Positions 31,497 to 40,070 of a DNA stretch of 53,179 bases are shown here, in pieces; the first letter of the stretch is position 1; each line of letters starts with the position of its first letter. The stretch spans positions 1 through 53,179 of the forward strand of contig JBDREC010000075.1 of the NCBI GenBank assembly GCA_043820105.1, written 5' to 3'. The DNA is from Pseudomonadota bacterium (lineage in GTDB: Bacteria; Bdellovibrionota_F; JAHFAK01; JBDREC01). The translations under genes were made by a program, and so were the position numbers. The notes under the pieces are model-generated. The model made no database searches. It saw only the letters and a program-made list of their open reading frames with translations, and had not been told where the DNA came from.

Positions 31497-32372
31497 TTAG
31501 CAGTCATCAATATCAGTGCCTGGAATCCCAAGTCCCAATTCTACACTACTTTCAGAATAGCTAGCAACTCCAAACCTTCCAAAACCTGGAGCAAATCCTG
31601 AAATTGATATAGAAACAGATCTTTCATAGTTTTGCTCACTAAGATACCCTGTAAAAAAAGCACAACTGAATGTATCTTCATCAATATCTTCACAAAAATA
31701 TTCGCTATAAGAATCAAAAATAAAATCATTATCATTAAGATCATCTTTTGAATACATGTCATTAACGACATCAAGTTGTGTTATATTAAACCTAAAATAT
31801 TCAAGATGACTTCCTGATTCTTCTGTTAAAATATAATAGGAATCGAAATATAATGCTTTATTAAATGTTATTTTAATTCCATCATTAACATAATTTGTAG
31901 TTAGGCAATAAGATGTAATTACTGGATATTCTAATAGTAGATCGCCATCGCCGTCGCCGTCGCCGTCGCCATCACCATCGCCATCACCGTCTCCATCGCC
32001 GTCACCATCACCGTCGCCATCGCCGTCACCGTCGCCATCACCATCGCCATCACCGTCTCCATCGCCGTCACCATCACCGTCTCCATCGCCGTCACCATCA
32101 CCGTCGCCATCGCCGTCACCGTCACCGTCGCCGTCGCCATCACCTGCTACATTTGCACAGCAATATTGAAAATAAGCATTTTCTTCACTTGTAATGTCAG
32201 CATATTCAACAGAAAAACTATCCAGGCAACTTGCATCACACATATCAACAAGCATTTCTTGAGTTAATACACCTTCTGTTTCCTTACCATTTTCAATAGT
32301 TGCTTCTCCTGAACATGCTAAATAAGTGAATGATAAAGATGTTAAAAATAATGTTAGTAATAACTTTTTCAT
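31497..32372 (-). CDS. Acidic lipoprotein: 4-Cys N-module, 34 GD units, divergent FN3-like domain
   Basis: Lipobox YLAC; EMLVDMCDASCLD..Y.DITSEE...CC shared with 30027; ends DIDDC like 24924. Confidence 0.85.
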   Translation of the reverse strand: MKKLLLTLFLTSLSFTYLACSGEATIENGKETEGVLTQEMLVDMCDASCLDSFSVEYADITSEENAYFQYCCANVAGDGDGDGDGDGDGDGDGDGDGDGDGDGDGDGDGDGDGDGDGDGDGDGDGDGDGDGDGDGDGDGDGDGDLLLEYPVITSYCLTTNYVNDGIKITFNKALYFDSYYILTEESGSHLEYFRFNITQLDVVNDMYSKDDLNDNDFIFDSYSEYFCEDIDEDTFSCAFFTGYLSEQNYERSVSISISGFAPGFGRFGVASYSESSVELGLGIPGTDIDDC

Positions 32373-32412
32373 TTTTACTCCCCCAAAAATATATATCTAC
32401 TAATTTTAAACC

Positions 32413-33288
32413 TTAAATTACTCCTAAATAAACACAGATTCGGGCACTAACAGTGACGCTTTCAATATCACTATCATATGAAACATCACCATTTGCACTA
32501 TTTGACTCAACTACATAGAAACTATGAACAGAATCATCACTTAAACCTACAATTGGCTGTAGATCAGGAAAAAAGATGTATGAATCAACAGAGCAAATAA
32601 TTTCAGTTCCTTCAACACTACATGTAAAGCTAGAACTTCCTGGATCATTAGATGAATATGCAACTCTGGTAGTACTTTCATCGGTAACATAATAAACTAT
32701 GTATTCATCATAGTCAGCTAAAGTAGTCCAAGAAAGCGTAATCCCTAATACACCTCCTGTACTACAAGATGATGCATTGATGTCTGAAGGTTTTTCACTA
32801 ATTAATGGATCATACCCAAGTGCTATTTCATCATTATCATTTACACCATCACCATCTGTATCTAAAATCGCAGGATCAGTTCCGTTAAATCTCTCAATCT
32901 CATCACTTATTCCATCACTATCACTATCATCACAAGCATCACCAATTAAATCGGCATCATAATCTTCTTGATCTATATTAATAATACTTTCACAATTATC
33001 ACAAAGATCACCTAGGCCATCGCCATCTGTATCTAGTTGGTCTAGGTTTTCGATATCAACACAATTATCTTCTGTATCAATTATTGTGTCTCCATCAGTG
33101 TCAATATCAACATCGCCATCACCATCTCCATCGCCATCACCATCTCCGTCACCATCTCCATCACCGACAATTTGGGCATTGGGGTCAGTTAATGGAACGG
33201 ATGCTTCTCCAGAACAAGATAATAAAATTAATTGTGTCATGAAAAGGATTGCAATGATAATTACAATATATAATGATTTGCTTTTCAT
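32413..33288 (-). CDS. Acidic lipoprotein: GD tract, TSP3 repeats, FN3-like C-terminal domain
   Basis: Lipobox LLSC; DNC repeats; ITLSW....YDEYIVYY...FYVVESN. Confidence 0.85.
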   Translation of the reverse strand: MKSKSLYIVIIIAILFMTQLILLSCSGEASVPLTDPNAQIVGDGDGDGDGDGDGDGDGDVDIDTDGDTIIDTEDNCVDIENLDQLDTDGDGLGDLCDNCESIINIDQEDYDADLIGDACDDSDSDGISDEIERFNGTDPAILDTDGDGVNDNDEIALGYDPLISEKPSDINASSCSTGGVLGITLSWTTLADYDEYIVYYVTDESTTRVAYSSNDPGSSSFTCSVEGTEIICSVDSYIFFPDLQPIVGLSDDSVHSFYVVESNSANGDVSYDSDIESVTVSARICVYLGVI

Positions 33289-33378
33289 ATTTGCCCCCTA
33301 AGTACAAAACCCCGTGAAAAACTCACGCGATGACTTAAATAAATTAAATAACTATTTTAAAGTTTCATGCATTTATTA

Positions 33379-33394
33379 AGCAATTCACATGCCA
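33379..33394 (-). promoter_or_regulatory. Sigma-54 promoter
   Basis: Minus strand TGGCATGTGAATTGCT. Confidence 0.8.
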
Positions 33395-33737
33395 ATATGA
33401 AACTTGACAGATAAGTTCTTGAAAACTAATAGTGTTTTAATCGATAAGAGGATCTCTAAAATTTCATAAAATTGTGCTTATAAATAGCACTTTCTCTTTT
33501 TTTGCTCAAAAAAGGCTCAATTCCCCACTGCTTTTTTCAAATAATTTTAAGTAAAAACAAAAAAATTTATTATTAAAAAAGTGCTAAATTTTCGCCACAG
33601 GCCTTTCTTTCCTTGAAAATAAAAAACTTGCAAAATAAATATAAAAATATTATCTCAATTTTGCTTTTATATAAGACCCTTGGCACAATTTTTGAATAAC
33701 AAAGCTATATCAAGGGAACTTTAAAACGAGGAAGAAT

Positions 33738-33812
33738 ATGTTTAAATTTTATTTAATAACAGGTTTAATGCTAATGTTGGTTGTAATCAATGAACTCCCA
33801 GCAATGATATAG
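33738..33812 (+). CDS. Candidate 24-aa hydrophobic small protein
   Basis: GAGG RBS; MFKFYLITGLMLMLVVINELPAMI*; sigma-54-like TGGCACAATTTTTGAA at 33681-33696. Confidence 0.35.
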   Translation: MFKFYLITGLMLMLVVINELPAMI

Positions 33813-33854
33813 AATTAATTCAAAATTCAAAATTCAAAATTTTAAATCTAATAA

Positions 33855-33890
33855 ACTCATTGGATCCTGAATCAAGTTCATGATGACATT
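33855..33890. repeat. REP-like hairpin repeat, copy 2
   Basis: ACTCATTGGATCCTGAATCAAGTTCATGATGACATT. Confidence 0.8.
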
Positions 33891-34083
33891 GTTTTAGCAT
33901 CAACTACTTACCACTTACTCTAACTGGTCACCTGTGCACCAGTGAGACAATTAAACCATATACCAAATACCAAATACCAAATACCATTTTCACCAATTAT
34001 TTCCCATCAATGCCATTAATTCTTGCATTTCATCAATAACTTGCTATAAACTTAGGTGTTTTTAATTACATTACTAGAGAAAT

Positions 34084-36087
34084 ATGAAAAATTCACACAA
34101 AACTATTGCTCTTTGGATCTTTTTGTTTTTGCTTGTAGTTGTGGTTTATAATTTTATGAACCTGCAAAAACAAGCCTTTATAACTATCAAATATTCAGAT
34201 TTTTATAATGATATTGTTGATAAAAAGGTTAATTTTGTAAAAATTCGTGGTAAAGAATTAATTGGTGAGTATAAAGATGGAACAAAGTTCAAGTCATTAG
34301 GACCTGAGGTTGATTCTGCCTTTACTCAATTCTTGTTAAGCAATGATGTTCCTTATGAATTTGAACAGGAAATTGACTCCCCCTGGTGGCAACAGCTTCT
34401 TTACTCATGGCTTCCTATGTTGTTTTTATTATTCCTGTTTTTCTTTTTCATGCGTCAAATTCAAGCAGGTGGTGGCAAAGCTATGTCCTTTGGAAAAAGT
34501 AAGGCAAAACTTTTGTCAGAAAATTCAAAAAAGGTAACCTTTAGAGATGTAGCTGGAATTGATGAGGCAAAAGAAGAATTAGAAGAAATTATTGAATTTT
34601 TACAAGATCCTAAAAAATTCACAAAACTAGGTGGCAGAATTCCAAAGGGTGTTTTATTAATGGGTGCTCCCGGAACTGGAAAAACACTACTGGCCAGAGC
34701 AATAGCTGGTGAAGCTGGTGTTCCATTTTTTAGTATATCAGGTTCTGATTTTGTTGAGATGTTTGTTGGTGTTGGGGCATCTCGTGTTAGAGATCTATTT
34801 GATCAGGGAAAGAAAAATGCACCCTGCATTGTTTTTATAGATGAAATAGATGCCGTTGGAAGACACAGAGGAGCAGGCTTAGGCGGAGGACATGACGAAA
34901 GAGAACAAACCTTAAACCAATTACTTGTTGAAATGGATGGCTTTGAATCAAATGAAGGTGTAATAATAATTGCAGCTACCAACAGGCCTGATGTATTAGA
35001 TCCTGCTTTATTGCGTCCAGGAAGATTTGATAGAAGAGTAATTGTACCAACTCCAGATGTTAAAGGAAGAGAAGGAATTTTAAAAGTCCATTCAAAAAAA
35101 GTTCCTTTAAGCGATAATGTAAACCTGGGCATAGTTTCTAAGGGAACGCCTGGTTTTTCAGGTGCGGACCTTGCTAACCTGGTTAATGAAGCTGCCCTAA
35201 TTGCAGCAAGGTTTAATAAACAAAACGTTAGCATGCATGATTTTGAAATGGCAAAAGATAAAATTTTAATGGGAGTTGAAAGACGATCTTTAGTATTAAG
35301 TGATGAACAAAAGAGAACAACAGCTTTTCATGAAGCAGGGCATGCTCTTGTTGCCAAACTTATTCCTGGAACTGACCCTATTCATAAAGTTACAATTATT
35401 CCAAGAGGCAGGGCCTTAGGGGTTACTCAACAACTTCCAATAGAAGATAAATACACTATATCAAAAGAGTTTGCAGAAAATGACATTACCATCTTGCTTG
35501 GTGGAAGAGCTGCTGAAGAATTAATTTTCAACCAAAAAACAACTGGAGCTGGAAATGATATTGAAAGAGCCACTGAGATTGCCAGGAAAATGGTCTGTGA
35601 ATGGGGCATGAGTGAAAAAATGGGACCCTTAACTTTTGGAAAAAAAGAAGAACAGATTTTTCTTGGAAAAGAAATTGGAAGACAAAAAGATTATAGTGAA
35701 AAAACCAGCATTGATATTGACGCTGAAATAAAAAAGATTGTTTCAGAAAACCATAAACGAGCAAAGGACCTTTTAAAAGCCAACCTTAATATACTTCATA
35801 AAATTTCAGAAAACCTATTAATATATGAAGTGTTGTCTGGAGCAGATATTGATAATATCATCAAAGGCAAAGAACTTAATAAAGAAGTTGAGGAAGATAA
35901 GAAGGAACATGTCAATAACATGAAAATAAAGGTTAATGAAGAAGGCTTTAAAAAGACTGCTTATAAAGAACCCGTTCTAGAAGAAAAAGAAATTTCAGAG
36001 GACTTAAAGAAAGAGCACGAGCCTTTAAATAATAAGCCTAAAGAAGATATAATAGAAAAGAAGGATCCTGAATCAAATTCAGAATAA
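34084..36087 (+). CDS. ftsH: ATP-dependent zinc metalloprotease FtsH
   Basis: Two TM helices, [26 protein letters not shown]. Confidence 0.98.
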   Translation: MKNSHKTIALWIFLFLLVVVVYNFMNLQKQAFITIKYSDFYNDIVDKKVNFVKIRGKELIGEYKDGTKFKSLGPEVDSAFTQFLLSNDVPYEFEQEIDSPWWQQLLYSWLPMLFLLFLFFFFMRQIQAGGGKAMSFGKSKAKLLSENSKKVTFRDVAGIDEAKEELEEIIEFLQDPKKFTKLGGRIPKGVLLMGAPGTGKTLLARAIAGEAGVPFFSISGSDFVEMFVGVGASRVRDLFDQGKKNAPCIVFIDEIDAVGRHRGAGLGGGHDEREQTLNQLLVEMDGFESNEGVIIIAATNRPDVLDPALLRPGRFDRRVIVPTPDVKGREGILKVHSKKVPLSDNVNLGIVSKGTPGFSGADLANLVNEAALIAARFNKQNVSMHDFEMAKDKILMGVERRSLVLSDEQKRTTAFHEAGHALVAKLIPGTDPIHKVTIIPRGRALGVTQQLPIEDKYTISKEFAENDITILLGGRAAEELIFNQKTTGAGNDIERATEIARKMVCEWGMSEKMGPLTFGKKEEQIFLGKEIGRQKDYSEKTSIDIDAEIKKIVSENHKRAKDLLKANLNILHKISENLLIYEVLSGADIDNIIKGKELNKEVEEDKKEHVNNMKIKVNEEGFKKTAYKEPVLEEKEISEDLKKEHEPLNNKPKEDIIEKKDPESNSE

Positions 36088-36093
36088 ATAATT

Positions 36094-36885
36094 ATGTACG
36101 ATGTAATTAGCAATTTATTCCAAAATTTCAGACTAGTTGATGTTATAGACATCATTATTCTAGCCTTTGCGATATATTGGATGTTAACTATAATAAAAGG
36201 CACTAAAGCTGTTTACATGCTAATAGGTCTTGGCTTTGGCTTTATTGGAGTTTGGCTTTCATCAATTGAAGGGCTTGAATTATATGCTGCAAACTGGATT
36301 TTAAAAGTCTTTTTTGCAAACTTGCCTTTAATAATTATCGTTTTATTTCAGCATGAAATCAGAAGAGCTTTAACCCAAATAGGCAGAAGGCCTTTCTTTT
36401 CTTCAATTACTTCCTATGCTCGCGGTTCAGTAATTGAAGAAGTTGTTAAGGCTTCAGCTAACCTTTCAGGTAAAAATGTTGGTGCTTTAATAGTCATTGA
36501 AAAACAAGCGGACTTAACTGATCACCTGGAAACAGGTGTTTTAATTGACTCAAATGTTACAAAGGACTTGATAGTTAGCATTTTCATGCCCAATTCGCCA
36601 ATTCATGATGGCGCGATTATCATTCAAAAAGACAGAATAGCAAAGGCTGGATGTTTCTTGCCATTAACAATGGATCCAAGGGTTAGCAAAGAAATTGGTT
36701 CCCGCCATAGAGCTGCAATTGGCCTAACAGAAGAAGTGGATGCTGTAGTGGTTGTTGTATCTGAAGAAACAGGAACAATCTCAGTAGTCATTGATGGAAA
36801 AATGACTAAGAACTTAGACTCTGGTACTGAAAGAACAATATTACAGAATTACTTAATGCCAAAAAAAAAGGCAAAGAAAAGATAA
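36094..36885 (+). CDS. cdaA: Diadenylate cyclase CdaA
   Basis: Three TM helices, HDGA, RHRAA, VSEETG. Confidence 0.95.
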   Translation: MYDVISNLFQNFRLVDVIDIIILAFAIYWMLTIIKGTKAVYMLIGLGFGFIGVWLSSIEGLELYAANWILKVFFANLPLIIIVLFQHEIRRALTQIGRRPFFSSITSYARGSVIEEVVKASANLSGKNVGALIVIEKQADLTDHLETGVLIDSNVTKDLIVSIFMPNSPIHDGAIIIQKDRIAKAGCFLPLTMDPRVSKEIGSRHRAAIGLTEEVDAVVVVVSEETGTISVVIDGKMTKNLDSGTERTILQNYLMPKKKAKKR

Positions 36886-36907
36886 AATAAAAATATAAAG
36901 GTGGTAT

Positions 36908-37870
36908 TTGGCTTTGAAAAAAATCTTGTTTTATAATTGGCAACATAAGCTCATTGCAGTACTTACTGCAGTTGTAATTTGGTCAGTAATAAGCAGTAGT
37001 CAAAAAACTAAACAGATTATTAATGCTGAAGTAAAAATAAACATCCCATCTTCATATGTAATTACTAATCAAAATATTTCGGAAATATCTGTTTCTGTTT
37101 CAGGGCAAAAAAACCTTGTTAGGAGTTTACAAAGAAAAAATCTTCTTGCAATCGTTGATATTAAAATACCTATAGTAGGACTATCATCTCAAAGGATTCA
37201 TGTTAATAACATAGACCTTCCAAAGGGTTTAGAAATCCTGTCCATTACACCATCAACAGTTCTTCTTAACATTGATTCTGTTAGAGAGAAGTTTATAAAA
37301 TTAATTCCCCAATTAGATGAAAATTTACCAGCAGGTTATTCAATTGCAGATATAAAGGTTAGCCCAGCTCAAATACCTGTAAAAGGTGCTGCAAGCGAAC
37401 TAAACAAAATATCAAATCTCAACTTGTCAGGCATTTCACTTGAAGAAAGAACAAAATCATTTTCAACAGAAGATGTTAATATAAATTTTCCAAGTAAAAA
37501 TATTTGGACTAAAAGTGACAATAAAATTAAGGTAAGCATTTCAATAAAAGAAAACTTTTCTAATGTTAGTTTTTCAAATGTTCCAATTTCATTAAATACT
37601 TCATTGAAACTAAAAGGAGATATCTTCCCAACGAGTTTTGAAAGTGTTGTTTTATATGGATCTGAAGCAATACTCAAAAAGCTAAATCCAGAAGATATCA
37701 TTGTTGTAAAGGATATTGCTTCAATTACCAAGGGACAAACTTTAAAAATAAAAATAAACAAAGAAGATTTCAAACTGCCAACAAACATGAAGTTAATTGA
37801 ATTTTCTCCTCTTAATTTTGTTGTAAAGCTTTATGAAACAGAAACTGAGAGTACTCAAACCGGGAGATAA
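36908..37870 (+). CDS. cdaR: YbbR-domain CdaA regulator
   Basis: N-terminal anchor NWQHKLIAV...IW; YbbR-like beta repeats; lies between cdaA and glmM. Confidence 0.85.
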   Translation: MALKKILFYNWQHKLIAVLTAVVIWSVISSSQKTKQIINAEVKINIPSSYVITNQNISEISVSVSGQKNLVRSLQRKNLLAIVDIKIPIVGLSSQRIHVNNIDLPKGLEILSITPSTVLLNIDSVREKFIKLIPQLDENLPAGYSIADIKVSPAQIPVKGAASELNKISNLNLSGISLEERTKSFSTEDVNINFPSKNIWTKSDNKIKVSISIKENFSNVSFSNVPISLNTSLKLKGDIFPTSFESVVLYGSEAILKKLNPEDIIVVKDIASITKGQTLKIKINKEDFKLPTNMKLIEFSPLNFVVKLYETETESTQTGR

Positions 37871-37873
37871 AAA

Positions 37874-39232
37874 ATGGAAAAATTATTTGGTACTGATGGC
37901 GTTAGGGGTGTTGCAAATATTCACCCAATGACTGCTGAAATTGCGTTGAAACTTGGCAGAGCCTCGGCTCATGTGCTAAAAGTTCATTCAGAAAACTCAA
38001 AAGTAATAATTGGAAAAGATACGCGCCTTTCATGCTACATGCTTGAACATGCTTTGTCTGCGGGCTTCTGTTCAATGGGAGTTGATGTATTATTAGTTGG
38101 TCCAATGCCAACCCCAGCTGTATCCTTTCTTGCTCAAAGCATGAAGTGTGGAGCTGGAGTAGTTATATCTGCTTCACATAATGCCTTTCAGGACAATGGA
38201 ATTAAATTTTTCTCAAAATCTGGATATAAGCTTGATGATGCAACAGAAGAAGAAATTGAAAAGTATGTTTTTTCAGATCAGCTCGATTCTTTCAGACCAA
38301 CAGCTAACAACGTCGGAAAAGCCTTTAGAATTGATGACGCCAAGGGAAGATATATTGAGTTTGCTAAAAGATCGTTCCCCTCACACCTTTCATTAAAAGG
38401 ATTAAAAATTGTTGTAGATTGTGCAAATGGAGCAACTTACAAAGTAGCACCAACCACCTTTCATGAGCTTGGAGCAGAAGTAATTCCAATAGGGATTAAC
38501 CCTAATGGTATAAATATTAATCTAGACTATGGTTCAACAGACCTTAGTAACTTAAAGGAAAAAGTTATTGAAGAAAAAGCCGACCTTGGCATTGCCTTTG
38601 ATGGTGATGGCGATAGAATGCTTGTTGTTGATAGAAATGCTGAAGAATTAGACGGTGATCAAATCATAGCAATTTGTGCAAATTCTATGATTAAAAATGG
38701 ACGCCTAAAAAAGAATGTGGTTGTTGCAACAGTTATGAGTAATATTGGACTAGACATCGCTTTAAAAGAAATGGGTGGTCATGTCGTTAGAACCCAAGTT
38801 GGTGATCGTTATGTAGTTGAAACAATGAAACATCAAGGCTACAATTTAGGTGGTGAGCAATCTGGACATCTCTTGTTTCTTGACAAACATAGAACAGGTG
38901 ATGGACTAATTTCATCACTTCAACTGCTTTCAGTTATTCAAGAATCTGGCAAAGACCTTACGGAGCTTAAAACTTTAATGACAAAATATCCCCAGGTATT
39001 AATAAATGTTCCAGTAAAAGAAAAAAAACCTATTGAAAATATGACAATCCTAAGCTCAGCAATTGATGAAATAAGTTCAATCCTGGGAAAAGAAGGTCGT
39101 GTTTTTGTCAGATATTCTGGAACCGAACCAAAACTAAGAGTAATGATTGAAGGAAAGGACATTGATGAAATCAATGTTTTTGCAAATAAATTAGTAGACA
39201 TTGTTAAAGATGGAGAAAGAAAGGAAGGTTAG
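37874..39232 (+). CDS. glmM: Phosphoglucosamine mutase
   Basis: LFGTDGVRG, ISASHN, DGDGDR, GGEQSGH, RYSGTEP. Confidence 0.97.
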   Translation: MEKLFGTDGVRGVANIHPMTAEIALKLGRASAHVLKVHSENSKVIIGKDTRLSCYMLEHALSAGFCSMGVDVLLVGPMPTPAVSFLAQSMKCGAGVVISASHNAFQDNGIKFFSKSGYKLDDATEEEIEKYVFSDQLDSFRPTANNVGKAFRIDDAKGRYIEFAKRSFPSHLSLKGLKIVVDCANGATYKVAPTTFHELGAEVIPIGINPNGININLDYGSTDLSNLKEKVIEEKADLGIAFDGDGDRMLVVDRNAEELDGDQIIAICANSMIKNGRLKKNVVVATVMSNIGLDIALKEMGGHVVRTQVGDRYVVETMKHQGYNLGGEQSGHLLFLDKHRTGDGLISSLQLLSVIQESGKDLTELKTLMTKYPQVLINVPVKEKKPIENMTILSSAIDEISSILGKEGRVFVRYSGTEPKLRVMIEGKDIDEINVFANKLVDIVKDGERKEG

Positions 39233-39235
39233 AAT

Positions 39236-39958
39236 ATGCCAAGCCTTGGAGTTAACATAGACCATGTTGCAACCTTAAGACAAGCAAGAAAAGTCGAATA
39301 TCCAGATCCTGTTACAGCAGCAGCCCTTGCTGAACTTGGAGGTGCAGACAGCATTGTAATGCATCTTAGAGAAGACAGAAGACACATGCAAGATAGAGAT
39401 CTTAAGCTTTTGCGCCAAACAATTAAAACCAAACTAAACCTGGAAATGGCTGCTACTTCTGAAATGAGAGGAATAGCACTTGATATTAAGCCTGACACAG
39501 TTACTTTGGTTCCAGAAAGAAGGGAAGAGCTTACAACTGAAGGTGGACTCGATGTTCACATGAATCAAGAAATGTATTTAAAGTACAATCAAATTTTAAA
39601 AGAAGCTTCAATAAAAGTTTCTTTATTTATTGCACCTGATCTTGACCAAATAAAAGCTGCCTATAAAGTTAAAGCAGATATAGTTGAACTTCACACAGGA
39701 AAGCTTGCTGAAGCAAAAACAGAAGCAGCTTATTACAAAGAGCTGGAAAATATTATGAACGCTGCGAAAATGGCGAAAAAATTCAATCTAAAAGTTAGTG
39801 CTGGCCATGGCTTGCATTATAACAATATGCAAGATCTTTTAAAAATTGAAGAAATAGAAGAATACAATATTGGTCACAGCATTATTGCAAGAGCTGTGTT
39901 TTCAGGAATGGAAAAGGCGGTTCGGGATATGAAGGAAGTGGTAAGTGGTAAGTGGTAA
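39236..39958 (+). CDS. pdxJ: Pyridoxine 5'-phosphate synthase
   Basis: LGVNIDHVATLRQAR, HLREDRRH, LTTEGG, AGHGL, NIGHSII. Confidence 0.97.
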   Translation: MPSLGVNIDHVATLRQARKVEYPDPVTAAALAELGGADSIVMHLREDRRHMQDRDLKLLRQTIKTKLNLEMAATSEMRGIALDIKPDTVTLVPERREELTTEGGLDVHMNQEMYLKYNQILKEASIKVSLFIAPDLDQIKAAYKVKADIVELHTGKLAEAKTEAAYYKELENIMNAAKMAKKFNLKVSAGHGLHYNNMQDLLKIEEIEEYNIGHSIIARAVFSGMEKAVRDMKEVVSGKW

Positions 39959-40047
39959 GTGGTAAGTGGTAAGTGGTAAGTGGTAAGTGATAAGTGATAA
40001 GTGATAAGTGGTAAGTGGTAAGTGGTAAGTGGTAAGTGGTAAGTGGT
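39936..40047 (+). repeat. 16-unit heptamer array (AAGTGGT)7(AAGTGAT)3(AAGTGGT)6
   Basis: Read directly; supplies the last codons and the stop of pdxJ. Confidence 0.95.
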
Positions 40048-40070
40048 AAGAAAACAAGGATGGTTTTTAT

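Noticed and set aside
29006..32143. ORFs rich in SPSPSP, HHH/RHR or MATATVM (e.g. 29158, 30953, 31006, 29006, 31931; also 13686, 26262)
   Set aside because: Antisense or alternative-frame shadows of the (GD)n codon repeats; the lipoprotein frame carries the RBS and signal peptide
12221..33288. CRISPR array, diversity-generating retroelement or integron as the source of paralog diversity
   Set aside because: No repeat-spacer structure, cas gene, reverse transcriptase, adenine-specific TR/VR pair, integrase or recurring attC-like site seen; each unit has its own promoter, unlike typical integron cassettes
36094..37870. c-di-AMP synthesis genes in an apparently Gram-negative genome
   Set aside because: cdaA-cdaR-glmM is already known in deltaproteobacterial lineages
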